From assembly GCF_963921235.1 (NCBI RefSeq), contig NC_086097.1:167898001-167962000 (forward strand): a stretch of DNA of 64,000 nt, read 5' to 3'. The notes under the pieces were generated by a model. It searched no databases. It saw only the letters and a list, made by a program, of their open reading frames with translations, and was not told where the DNA came from. Below are positions 63,621 through 64,000 of the stretch, piece after piece. Positions within the stretch are counted from its first letter, which is position 1, and every line of letters starts with the position of its first letter. Made by a program: the position numbers and the translations under genes. Source of the DNA: Mobula hypostoma (Eukaryota).

Positions 63621-64000
63621 AACCTATCGAAACCCTTCTACCCCTCCTCACAGTCCCGCACCCTGCTCTCATGACTATACCCCTTCCCCACACGAAACCA
63701 CCACGGTGGGCTTCACAGCTGAACAGGTGAGAAGACAGCTGAAACTTCTCAACCCAAGCAAGGCTGCAGGACCGGATGTTGTCAGTACCAGGGTGCTCAA
63801 AGCCTGTGCCCCTCAGCTATGTGGAGTACTTCGCCATGTATTCAACCTGAGCCTGAGGCTCCGGAGGGTTCCTGTACTGTGGAAGACGTCCTGCCTCGTC
63901 CCTGTGCCGAAGACGCCGCGCCCCAGCGGCCTCAATGACTACAGACCGGTGGCATTGACCTCCCACATCATGAAGACCCCGGAGAGACTTGTTCTGGAGC
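63620..64000 (+). mobile_element. Young Rex1-type LINE, start of RT (continues beyond the window)
   Basis: Open frame FTAEQVRRQLKLLNPSKAAGPD...WKTSCLVPVPK...NDYRPVALTSHIMKT running to the window end; CpG-rich. Confidence 0.88.

Overview
This is repeat-saturated vertebrate genomic DNA, intergenic or intronic. The repeat complement (HE1-like SINEs, esterase-type CR1 LINEs, Rex1, Penelope-derived repeats) suggests a cartilaginous fish such as a ray; this is an inference. No intact host protein-coding exon can be supported. The window is a mosaic of decayed CR1, Rex1/Babar, RTE, R4-type and Penelope retroelements, Tc1, pogo/Tigger and hAT DNA transposons, SINEs and microsatellites. Four things stand out. 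(1) A structurally complete, non-autonomous Gypsy-type LTR element (6016-8145; 5-bp TSD, tRNA-Leu PBS, PPT) whose RT/RNaseH/integrase core is replaced by pieces of two host genes: a CIN85/SH3KBP1-like coiled coil nested inside a Rabaptin (RABEP)-like coiled coil, with frame-preserving junctions. (2) A dispersed Penelope terminal-repeat family carrying a minimal type-I hammerhead ribozyme, with one intact copy at 15272-15307; these repeats often insert as fold-back palindromes with 11-15 bp TSDs. (3) Composite hAT MITEs that share a sequence module. (4) A repeat-free candidate enhancer with two MEF2 sites plus E-box, AP-1 and FOX motifs at about 30.1-30.4 kb. All homology calls are by eye from remembered sequences and need database confirmation.
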